NCBI GenBank assembly: GCA_043228905.1
Contig: JBHGNT010000009.1
Coordinates: 7,812,001-7,876,000 of the forward strand
Direction of reading: 5' to 3'
Source: Azolla caroliniana
Lineage: Eukaryota > Plantae > Polypodiophyta
Length of the DNA: 64,000 nucleotides
In this document: positions 25,433-36,947 of the stretch, one piece after another
Position numbering within the stretch: the first letter of the stretch is position 1
Layout of the letters: each line of letters opens with the position of its first letter
Position numbers and translations under genes: made by a program
The notes under the pieces: generated by a model
Told to the model about the DNA's origin: nothing
The model's database searches: none
The model's input: the letters and a program-made list of their open reading frames with translations, nothing else

Positions 25433-27799
25433 CTGGTAATGCCGAAAGTTCTTTTGGAAGTGTCCCGGCTTCCCATAGTAGAAGCAAATGAGCCTTCCCT
25501 TCAATTTCGGCCTCGGTTTGGACTTGTCCCTAATCTTCATACTTCTTTGTTGGCCCCTTCCTCTGTTGGAGTTACCTTCTTTGACTAGGGCCTTATGACC
25601 AGAGATGGACTTTCTATCCTTCCGGCGAGGTTCTTAATTCAACAAGTTTGACTTCACCATCTCCAGGGACAACTACTTCCCTTGTGGTCCTGCATTACGC
25701 AAGGTCATCACGAGCGTCTCCTAGTTGTTCGAAAGGGATCCCATCAGCAACAATGCTAGTACCTCGTCAATCAGAGATACTTCTAGAGAGGTGACTTGAT
25801 TTATTAGTCCTTCGAAGGCATTCAGGTGCTCGGCCATGCTTGAGCCATCTTGATAACTCAGTCTCATTGTCTTCTTGAAGATGGAGACTCTATTTATGAC
25901 GTTCTTGTTCTAGAACATGAACCCAATCTTCTTCCAAAGGACATCATCTTTTCTCTCTTCATTGAAATTGTTGTATAGACTCATGTCTATAAAACACCTT
26001 ATGTATGTCGTTGTCTTTAGATGCATGACGTCCCACGTCGATGTATCAATCTTGTCCGGTTTTTCGTTGCCATACTGCATCGACATCCATAGGTCGTTAC
26101 ATATGAGCATGTTTCTCATCTTTGATTTCCACACTGAGTAGTTGGAGCCGGTTGGCGTGAACATTCCTCCTAGAGATTTGTCCATCGCTTTGATACCATT
26201 TTGTTGTAAATGAGGGACCGACCACAACTGGTTTTCAAGCAAGGTGCAAAGACAAGAAATTGAAATTGAAAATGCACAGACGCAAAGACACAAGATATTA
26301 ACATGGAAAACCCTGAATGGGAAAAACCACAGGAGCCCACTAACTCTGAAACAGAGTCACTAAGTAGAGAGAACTATACAAAATATACCAAGGCCACAAC
26401 CTTGAGCCCGACTTCGTCTTATAGATGGTTACGACACTCTCACTTATCACATACACATAACAACTCTGTACATGTGATGATTACCCTAAGATAATCTCTT
26501 ATCATCACAGGATGATTTGCCCTAGGTGTATTTATACTTATACATAGCATGGGCTATTTACAAATGTAGCCTCTGATTGTCTACGGTTGAAATCGGCCTT
26601 CGACTCTTTGCCAGACTTCATCCGATTCTGCTCTCAACTGATTGGTTCCGGCCGATTTGGCTTTCCAACTCTTCCCATCCGGAATAACCAATTATCCCAA
26701 CAACAACCACCTACCTTCAAGTTGACAACTCATCCAAATGCCATATGCTAACTTAGGAAGCCCCTCTATGACCTCAAGCAAGTATCGTGCGGGTTTGACT
26801 TTCAAAGATTACGCAGTTCTTGGACCGAATCGGCTTTCAGATGTCTAAATCTGACAATTCTTTGTTTATCTGAAGCAACTGAAGTGGTATGATGCCCATC
26901 ATCATATATGTCAACGATTTAGTGATTGGTGGTGAACACCTAGCCGACATCAAGAAGGTGAAGACGATGCTCTCCAGGAAGTTCGAGATGAAAGACATGA
27001 ATGAACTTCATTACTTCATGGGAATTGAGGTCATCCGAACCGGCACCAACATAATGCTCTAGCCTCTCCACTACATAAGGGTTAATTATTATCTAATTAT
27101 GTGAATAGTTAATCACATATGTGATTAAGCCATGGAAGATTATGTCATATGTGTGTGTGAGAGAGAAAGAGAGAGAGAGAGGAAGTTAAACTTGTGAACA
27201 GTGTGTGAGAGTGTAGCTAGATAAATGGGGGATGATTAACAAGAGTGTAGCTAGATAACCTTTCCCTATATTAATAAGAATCAAAGAACAAAGATACCCA
27301 CAATGAGGTATATATACATCTGATGTGCAAGGGTGTCACATGTGTGAGAAGAACATAGGTACAAGGATGAACACGTTCGCGTTCACAAGTGGAAGGATCA
27401 TGCACAAATGGAAGGATAAGGAATATTCCGTTTGATTTCAATACTTTTTCAGTGATTTTACAAAACACATTGATACCAGTATCACACATTCTCAAAGATT
27501 CAATGGAAAAGCTTAAAAATCCACCTTTCCAAAAAATTGAAAAAATATAAAAAAATGGCCCCATACAAAAATTTGCATTGTCTATTTTTTTTTGTATAAC
27601 TTAAACATAATTGTTATTATGACAAACAAACTTTATTAGAAGTCATAGATTTCAAAACAATAAACTTTTATATTAGCCGACATCTTACAAGCTTAATTTG
27701 GTACGTTCTAATCCAAAAATACACCCAGGAGAGATTTGCGTCAATATCACGACGCTAATGAGAATCACTACTATGGTTAATATACAAACAAGATTCTTC

Positions 27800-30439
27800 C
27801 TCGTTGTCTTCAGATGTACCAATCAAAGCATTGTCTTCGTCTAAAACCAAATGTTGTGACTCCAAATTATGTACATCAAACCGAGTTCGCCTTCGATCTG
27901 AGAAGGCTTATAGACTTGGCAATTTCTCTTTTATTATGTCTATTGTTGACTTCCTTAAACGTCCAACTTTTGTTAATGTAAAATAGTACACAATGATATC
28001 CACCTCACCAATGTCAAGGGTCGATGTGTTGCGAATATTTCTTTTCCTCTTTTTATTTCCTCTTGACGTTGGGCATTCCATCATCTCCAATGTATACTTG
28101 CTTGAAAATGCATTCTTGCTTCTAGTGTTATACCAATGCACCTTTATAGACTTGATCAGATATATGCTTTCATGCATCACCATGTCCAAAACTTTACCAA
28201 TGCAAAATTGGTGGCCTAGGTCATTGTTATCTGGGGGTGTAGCAATTAACATCCCAACCTTTAGTTCTTGCAAGTTGCCTTTGTCATCCTCAGTCCCACA
28301 TAAATGTCTCTTTGTGGTGGATGGACCAAACTCTCAACAATCGCATAAGGTGCATGGTGCTGCGATTGAGAACCAATAGATTGTTGTATAGACCATGTAA
28401 ATGGCATTTGCAAGGTCCAATTACTAGCAACACAATTTTCAATAATTTCTTGCTGATCTGTAAATAATACATCCCACCGCAATGTATCTTGTTGTGCCGC
28501 ATATTTCTTTGAAGCATCAATATGCATCTTTTTTTCATTTAAGGCTTGCATCCATAAGTTCCTTTACTCTTCTACCACATCACTATGCATTTCCTTTTTT
28601 GTCTCAATTGGCATTTGTTTTGCTCCATAAATAGTTGTAGATAGCATATGAAGCAGGAACTGGCAACTGCCTTCAGGCTCCCATTATGGCGATGATGGAT
28701 AGTGCTTTGCATACAACAACGTACAACCACTTGTGTCATTTTGCTGAATCAGGAAGATATGATTGAAGCTTATGTTTAATTGGGCTAGGACTTTAACATT
28801 CCCCTCCCCACCCTCTAATATGTATCTCTTAAAATCATATATCTCTTTTAGGTGGATCACATTCGGACATGGCATGTATGCATCACAAATGACATCAAGT
28901 AACTTTGGTAATGTGAAAGTGTCATTTCGGCCCAACTGTCTTGAGAATGTACTAAACATTTGATCAATATGGTCATGTGTGTGACCAACCAAGAGGAAGC
29001 TAACTTTCACTTTCCTAAACAATCCTTGGTTGACCAACATACTCAGATATCCGAAGATAGTTGAATTCTTGTTCTCCCTAGTTGTGTTGTCCAATTGAAT
29101 GTAGAGAACAGGGGCAAATGGATGGGCCCAACACATCAAAACCCTTTGAATCATTGTAACGGTCAAGTTTGGGTCATTGTGGACATTTGAGTAAGTTATG
29201 AAGACATGAGGTCTAACCGACCCATTATAAGCCAAGCATCCCACCAAGTGCATTCGAATGAGACATTCGTCATTCATGTCTTTAGGAAGTCGCCGCATGT
29301 GAGGTAGACATGTCTTCTTTTGGTCCATAACATCGATCATTAGACACATGTATTGTTTAGGATTCTTCAACGACTTCTCTCTATGATGGATCACTTTCTT
29401 TCGCTCCAAAGATTGGGCTTTGTGGTGGTCCTGTAACAACTTCTTATTCATGTACTTTTCCTTTGTTGTTTTGGCACCTTTAGCCATGCTCAAGATTGAG
29501 GTTTGCACAGATTGAGCAATACCCCATGCGTACTTTTTGTGGTATAATAACATTTGTAAATCGAGTTTTTCACAATCTGGTGAATTGGCTATATGTGACG
29601 TATCTATCACTCGACATACACATATATGATCTGTAGGACTCATATACCTCTCGTTGTGTGTAATTATCTGAGAGATGCATTCTGCATGTAGTTGGCATTA
29701 TTTCACAATTTAGGTTGAAGTAGTTCTTCATCCAACCAATAGCATGTCTTCTAGTTTCACCCTTCATACTTGGACAATTGCTACATTGGATACTAGGATC
29801 ACCATTAAGAACTTGTTGTTGCACTCGATGTAATCTCATGTTACTAACTCACAATGAAATTTTGAATGGAACTCTACAATATTGTTGTGCATAAAAGATA
29901 TAATACTCAAATGAGACAGAGATGGTTGATGCTCTACCACACACCATTTGCATGTGCGTTGAAAGGTAAGTGTCTTGCTCATCACCAACGAGTGAAAAAT
30001 AGTAACGCCTTAACTCCCACAACTTTTCCTTACCAATCTTGGACATGCAACCACGACAACAACACAATTTGTTGACATCTAATCCAAGTTGTTTCTCTGA
30101 TGTTACTAGGTCGAACCTTGCTCGACGTATTCTACATGGAATCCTCCATATGTGCATAGGGTTTGCTGAATGGTTGTCTTGTGAATAAACAATTGAATTC
30201 TCATTGGAGACAGCAATGTCGGTCTACACCCGTCCCTCACTAATGTTGGATGTTAGAGTGGCATTTCCTTTAGACTCTGTATCAACATTGTAATCGTATT
30301 CTTCCACAGACAACTCTTGATTGTCATCAATATGATTGGGAGTTTGGGGGTAAGATAGACCCACACAATATTCCTCAATAGAAAAAAGCGACCTTGGGAA
30401 AGAATACTCGTCAATAGAGAATTGTGAGTTTTGACTCAT
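27800..30439 (-). pseudogene. DUF7869/Sola1-like DDD DNA transposase, fragmented
   Basis: ID(V)MDQ, LYIQLDN..RENKN and FLLVGHTHDHIDQMFS motifs in 28684-29643, N-terminal Cys cluster (CCCRGCM), C-terminal FCIGKV..IKVHWY segment. No TIRs identified. Confidence 0.7.
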
Positions 30440-30601
30440 AGCTAAAAATCTTTAGGACTCTGTCTATAATGCTCTCTTGTTCAAATGAGAGCTTCCAACA
30501 AATGCATATGTATAAATGTGTACAAGTTCCTTTATATTATTTTTATAAAATAATGGCATATATTTTGTTGAGAAAAACCTTGACCAGAACAGGTTAGTAC
30601 G

Positions 30602-33600
30602 TATGCGGATGTGAGTGCAAAGACCGTGAATGATAGTACACACAAACAAACGAGAATAGAAGTATAGAAATACAAAGAGAAGATATTTTACGTGGAAAAC
30701 ATAGAAGGGGAAAAACCATGGGAGTCAACGAACTCTGAACTATATCACTATATAAGTAAGGTATACAATAAGAAACTCTAAGGCAACAACCTTGTGTTCT
30801 TCTTTGTCACGCTGGCGGTTGCAAAGGAGTCACTCACACACTCTCTCACTTAGTTATAGAGGCAACAACCAACAATAAATATATACTACAACAACTAATG
30901 TTTTGCCCTAGTTATATTTATATTGATATAACTTTAAATCTATTTACAAATATAGTCTCGAATCGGCTTCGTCCGACTCGGCTATTAGCCTAATTGATTA
31001 TTCGATTAGTCAATTTTTTGGTCAGTCGGTTTTCGGCCAAGTCGAGGTCGACTAATTCACCTCGTGCTCTTCCCATCTAGAGGGACCGATTTTCCCAACA
31101 AACTCCCCCTTCACTCCGGCATACGGTGCTTCGTCAATCCGATCCTTTGTCGACAAGCATTTCAGCTTTTCTCCTGACATCATCTTCGTCAATATGTCAG
31201 ATTCATGTCGTCTGATGGACCTGCACTAGAGCAAAGTCCCTTTCTTCTACCCTCTCTCTCAGCCAGTGATATCTCCACTGGATGTGCTTAGTTCTCGAGT
31301 GGTAGGTATCATTCTTGGCAAGGTGGATGACACTTTGATTGTCGTAGTAGAGTCAGAATTCTTCTTGCCAAATTCCTAGCTCTCCAATAAACTCCTTCAT
31401 CCATATGACTTCCTTACCGGCGTCGACGACGGCCATGTATTCGGCTTCTATGGTCGACAGAGCCACAACCTTCTATAGCCGAGACTGCCACGAGACTGTA
31501 ATGCAACGTCTCTCCCTGCAAACATCATCACATATTTGGACGTTGATCAACTGGTATTTGCATAAGCCGACATGTCATAATAGGGGTTACTTGAGCCAAA
31601 CCGAAGACACACACTCAAGGTGTCTTTCAGGTACCGAAATATCCATTTTACCGCAGCCCAATGCTCCTTCCCGGGATTACTCATAAATTGAGTGACTACT
31701 CTGACAACATATGCAATGTCCGGAGTCTTGTTCATCTTAGCTTTCTCCTTCTTTAACTTTGGACATTGACTTTTGTTCAACTTGCTGTTTGTTGGCAGTG
31801 TCAAGCCGATCGGCTTCGCGTCTTGCATGTTGAATCTCTGGAGCACCTTCGTCACATACTTCTCCTATGACAACCGTAATAACTTCTTTGTTCAATCTCG
31901 GACAATGTGCATACCCAGTATCTGCTTTGCCGGACCTATATCCTTCATTGAATATGACTTGCTCAGCGCCTTCTTCAAACTTCCGATTTTCTTCAGGTCC
32001 TGTTCGACAATTAGCATGTCATCAAAGCCTTTCACCACGATTCTAGCTTTATATCTGGCTGGATTCCCTCTTTCTCCCGGCTTTAAAAGTGTATACCCAC
32101 TTGTTTTAGAGTGCCTTCTTTCCTTTCAGCAGCTCGGTCAGTTCGTACGTGTGGTTCTCATGCAAGGAATCCATCTCGTTTTGCATGGCACTCAACCACT
32201 CTCGATTGTGGGTGTCTCCCCCCCATCGGTTAGCAATACATGTTCTTCATCCGGAAATTTGGGAGGGCCTCTTCTCACTCTCAGAGGGTATCTTCGACCT
32301 TCGTTCGCAGTAGTCGACTCCTATTCGATTTCTTTGGTCGGCTCTTCATCCGAGTCGGATTCAAATCCTTGCTAGGCCGATTCCACTTGTTCCTTAGTCG
32401 ACCCTTTACTTTGTCGACTGGTTTGTATTCGAATTCGGTCGAACCGACTGATGTTCGATTCAATCGATCATCAACTCGGCTATAATCGGTAGTTGGAGGC
32501 CTATTCTCAGTCATCCAGGAGGACGACCTTGTCTTCTCCATCTCCTAGTCAACAATCGTCTTTTCTTCCATGAAGACGATGTCTCAGCTCCTAATCACCT
32601 TTTTGTCGATTAGGTCTCATAGTCGATAGGTAAATTCATCTTCATCGTAGCCGAGAAATAGACATGATCGGCCGTTGGGATCTGGTCCTTAGCTATATGT
32701 ACATAGGCCAAGCAGTTGAGTGCCTGTAGATGCTTGTATGACACCTCTTATCCAGACCATACCCTTTGTGGTATGTCACCTTCCAGTGGAACTGAGGGAG
32801 ACTTGTTTATTATATAAACGACTGTCATCAACGCCTCAACCCAGTATATCTTCAGCAACTTTGCATGTGCCAACATACATCAGACCCTTTCCGTGATGGT
32901 CTGGTTCATCCTATCAGCCAATCCATTCAACTCTGGCTTCTTCGGCACAGTATATTCAAGCCGGATACCCTTTGATTGGCAATACTCCTCGAACTGCCCA
33001 CGATATTCTCCTTCGTTGTCTGCTCGAACCGCTTTTAGCTTCCAGCCGGTTTCTCTCTTAGCCCTCGCTTGGAACTCCTTGAAGACGAATAGTACATGGT
33101 CCTTCGCCTTCATTAGAAGCCCACAATTTCCGACTCCAGACATCTATGAAGGTCACAAAGTATTGTGAACCAGCATGTGAGCCGACATCTGTATGCATGA
33201 GTTCCAGCGACATCTTCTTTCTCTTAGGGGGTCTTGTTCAGAAAGAGGTTTTGTTCTGCTTGCTGGCCAAACAATCTACACACTTATCAAGGTGTACATT
33301 TTTCACCTCCGGAATGAGTTCATCATTGGCAAGATCCGCATCCCCTTCTCACTCATGTGACATAGCCTCTTGTGCCATAGCTCACCGGTTGTGTCGGCTG
33401 CCACATTTGCTTCTTCCCGAAAAAGTCAAGCATGCATCAAATATGGTGTGTTGGTCTCCGGGCTCGGGCCACGATCAGGTTTCCCTTGCAGAACTTCAAT
33501 GTGCCATTCCCGAAGCTACTTGTGTAGCCTTCATCATCTAACCGACCGGTTGATATCATATTCAATTTGACCTTTGGAACGTGGCACACATCTCTCAAAA

Positions 33601-33950
33601 CCATTCTACACCCGGTTGAAGTCATCAAACACACATCTCCTACGCCGACAATTTGGTACCTCTCCTTTCCGGAATCTTCTTCGGTTTGGCACCACCATCC
33701 CCTCCTTTATCTTTCTTGAAGTGTCGGCAATTCTTTTGGAAGTGCCCCGGCTTCCCACAATAGACGCAAGTGGGCCTCCCCCTTGACGTCAACCTCATCC
33801 CCGATTTATCCCAGTTTTGGGTACTTCTATTTCTGCCTCTTCCCCGGTTCATATCACCTTCTATGACTAAGGCCTTCGGGTCGGTGATTGCCTCTCTATC
33901 CTTCTGATGAGCTTCCTCATTCAACAAGCTCGACTTCACCTTCTCTAGGG
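30602..33950 (-). mobile_element. 5'-truncated Copia with 3' LTR and internal deletions
   Basis: 3' LTR ~30602-31100 followed by AACTCCCCCTTC (PPT complement). RH, RT, INT (RADNEGEY) and gag Zn knuckle CVYCGKPGHFQKNC. Confidence 0.88.
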
Positions 33951-35279
33951 TCGATTTGACCCTTTACTATTAGATAATCCTGCATTTGCTCCTTCCAAAA
34001 GTTGAAGTTGAACTTCCTGAGACTCATTTTCGATGAGCCGGATGTGGATGCCATTCTTAACTCGAGTTGACTAATCGAAATTTCTATTCAGAGGTAGCTA
34101 CGATCAATGGGAGGGTGCAACTGGTTGGTTCACCCCAATTTGATCTAGCTGAATCGGAACTTAGTCAGTTGATCGGCCGATTCTGCTCGAAGTGGCTACG
34201 GCCTAATGTGGAGTAGAGCTAATTGGTCTATCCATTGTGATGTCTAGCTGAGTTGAGCATGAATCGTGTCGATGGTGTCATCTAGTTCAAGATTCCATTG
34301 TGAGTGACTACAACCAAGGAAGTGAGTATAGCGGGCTGGTGTACTTGAGATGAGGTCTACTCAAATAGAATGCGAATCAGAGAGGTGTCACTTCTCATAG
34401 AGCATTAGTGCCGAAAGAAGATTTAAAAGAAACTTGCTCAATGTATACCAATGATTTTGAGTTCTTCAAAGATCAAAGAAAAAGTGACGTTGAAGAAAAA
34501 TGACGGCCAGAAGCGAAGAACGCCTCACACTAATACTAGAGGTTGTAAATGTTCATCATTGATGGAAACAGAACCAACACTATTACATGAAGAATCAAGA
34601 ACAAGATGACAGAGATAAGCTTAGTAAGACAACATCAATGAGATCACCTGTTCTAGTGATCTTACACTCATGCGCATTGCTAAGTTTTTGTGGGGGCATT
34701 GGTCGAATAGTTTGAAATAATTCTTTGTGGGGGATCACGTGAAAAGTGGCGCTCGAATCAGGCAACCATGTGTGTGCATCTTGTGCACTATATAGAATTT
34801 CACCAGTCGACGAGCTTTCTAATTAGAGGGCTTCTCCTAACGGTGATTCGGAAACGTTGATTTGGTTGCCTGCTGAAGGTTGGTTCAAGTCAGAAGAGCC
34901 TTTTTTCTGCTCGAATTTTCTCCCTTTTCCCTTCTTTTTTAATGACAAATTGTTGATGGGTGGGGGGTGGAGCCCTTCAACAATTATATCATTTATGTTC
35001 TTTTTTCCTAAGGGGGTTGAACATGAGGGAGAGAGAGAGAGAGAGACAAAACAATTATCGAGAGGTAAACTTCTTCTAGTATCATTTATGTCCCCTTGGG
35101 TGGGGTTATATAGGTACATTACATGAGGGTTACGAATCAAGAACATACAATGGGGTTTGTAGGTTAGTTACATAACCTTGTAACAACCTAGACCCACTTT
35201 ACCATATTAATATACTCACACCTATGTGCAGATTTGCACATACACTTACACATGACGTTTCACTTATCTATCCATGTAC

Positions 35280-36030
35280 CGACATTTACACACTCACTGA
35301 TACACTTACAATCCCACGGATAACACAAACAATCGGAAACTTGGTTCTTGGCCTTCTTATAAGGTGTGCAATAGGCGTTCGAAGGCACATCTCTTGACTT
35401 CAACCATTGTCGATCATGTGTCCCTCTCGACCTGATTTGATTGAGGCTAGTCCTCCGAGACGTTCCCCAAGAGAAGTGGAGCAACACCGCCCCAATTGCT
35501 TTGTCGAGCATAAGCTTCGTGGAGTTGTTGGTGACAATTGTGTAGAATACTTCCTAACTAGTCGGGAGACTCAAGAGGAGTGCAAGTGACTTGACTTCTT
35601 CTTCGAAGTTCAGGCCTTGCGAGCAGAGTTCGGCCAGCACCTGACTAAAGGTGTATATGGGAGGTTGCTGGATCTATCTCCCTCATCTTCATGTTCAATA
35701 CATGCCGAATCAAGACGAGTTTGCATAAGCTTGAATTATTCTCATATATCGATTGAAGCTTTCCCCATAGATCGAATGCAATAAACTCTTTGCCATGCTG
35801 AAGTACATGTTTTCAGCTAGAAGCATTCGGATGGTTGATCTTGCAATCTCGTCAAGTGATCGTCATTCTTCAACTGTCATAATTAACGGTTTGCTATTGT
35901 GCTTGATCACCTCGATCTTATGTTGAATGATCAGAACATCCTTCATCATCTCCTTCAATAGGGCAAAGTTTTTGTTGTCAAACTTTTTGATATCGCAGCC
36001 TGTGCTAGATATTCAGGCCATTGTTCTTTG
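35280..36030 (-). pseudogene. Very old Gypsy RT/RNase H remnant
   Basis: LDKAIGAVLL resembles DASDxAIGAVL and YKKAKNQVSDCL resembles YKPGKxNxVADAL. Heavily eroded. Confidence 0.4.
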
Positions 36031-36447
36031 AGAGTTTTTGTGTTGGTCCAGTATTTTACTTTAGTCTTCTTCGTCTTCTTATATCGACGATGCATGGGTT
36101 TCAATTCGCACTTATGTAACCACTTGTTGACACCAATGGTGCCTGATCTTTGCCTGTGTATAGTACATTGATATATTGTATAGTACATTGATATATTGTA
36201 GCTGATTATGCAGAAGCAGTTTTGGATCTTGGTGTGGAGCGAGCAAGCGGGAGATCTTGTGTTCTACTCGTGCTACTAGTTATGTTCAATATGCATAGAG
36301 ATACAGAGATACACATATATATAGCAAAAGGGAAGATCTTACATTAATCGCCATCATTTTGTACATGGATGAATGCCTCCTATTTATATATGATAGGACT
36401 CACTTAGCCCTAATTCCAAGGAGTGTTCACACTAGAACATACAATGG

Positions 36448-36903
36448 TGTTAATCGGCTAATTACTAACTACTACCGATACAGAAGAGTGAACGTCGCTC
36501 CTCAACGTTCTAACAAGGAATTGTGTTTTACGAACGGAATTGCTAGATCAATAGGTAATTATCGTGATCGTTATTTAGCTATAAATTAGGAAGCTTGCAC
36601 TTAAGATCATAGACAACAGAGAAACACAGAATCCGTACAAGATATTCCTAACTTAAACTTATATTACTAAATAAAACGACCCTTCTTACAATGCCTTTGG
36701 TTCCCTTTTATAGGTATACCGAAGGTCTTTTCTCATCAAGAACTATTCCTACTCTCTAACAAGATTTACAAAATTATCTAACTAACTTAGTTCTCTTCGT
36801 TTTACTGCTGAGTCATTGATCCGAATAGTCGATCCGAACCGACTCTGTTTTTCGACGCTTTCCCACCTGTTCGGTAAAACTGACTGTCCGGGTCCGAGTA
36901 ACA
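36448..36903 (-). repeat. 3' LTR
   Basis: Direct repeat of 45329-45784. Confidence 0.96.
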
Positions 36904-36947
36904 CTTGGCACGCACGTGGGCCAGGACCTTGTCCGGCGAACCCACGC
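36904..36947 (-). other. tRNA-3'-half-like structured element at the PPT position
   Basis: GCGTGGGTTCGCCGGACAAGGTCCTGGCCCACGTGCGTGCCAAG fills the gap between the stop codon and the LTR. 34/44 identical to 13511-13554, with compensatory changes. Confidence 0.75.

Larger units (their letters stand above)
14792..26702 (-). mobile_element. Full-length degenerate Copia element carrying three nested insertions
   Basis: LTRs 26202-26702 (5') and 14792-15318 (3'), TSD ACAAC, PBS TGGTATCAAAGC (tRNA-iMet type, 26187-26198), PPT at ~15321-15330, and gag/PR/INT/RT/RH fragments in Copia order. Confidence 0.93.
13975..27075 (+). mobile_element. Host Copia fragment (INT C-terminus to RT), interrupted at 14791/26703
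   Basis: KVRVSRDVVFDE, YKAQLVAKG and HQMDVKNAFL..LEEEVYMVQ|PP, continuing at 26703-27075 (YVNDLVI, FEMKDMNEL). Confidence 0.85.

Noticed and set aside
27076-30601. Terminal inverted repeats for the DNA transposon
   Set aside because: No matching TIR pair was found by eye, and the right end is interrupted by a Copia LTR.
33960-35250. Distinct element or gene
   Set aside because: Too degenerate to assign. No supportable motifs or boundaries.
36904-36920. TGGCACGC after the left LTR as evidence that the element is + strand
   Set aside because: Gag, pol, the extra ORF and the TATA box are all on the minus strand, and a longer PBS follows the right LTR.
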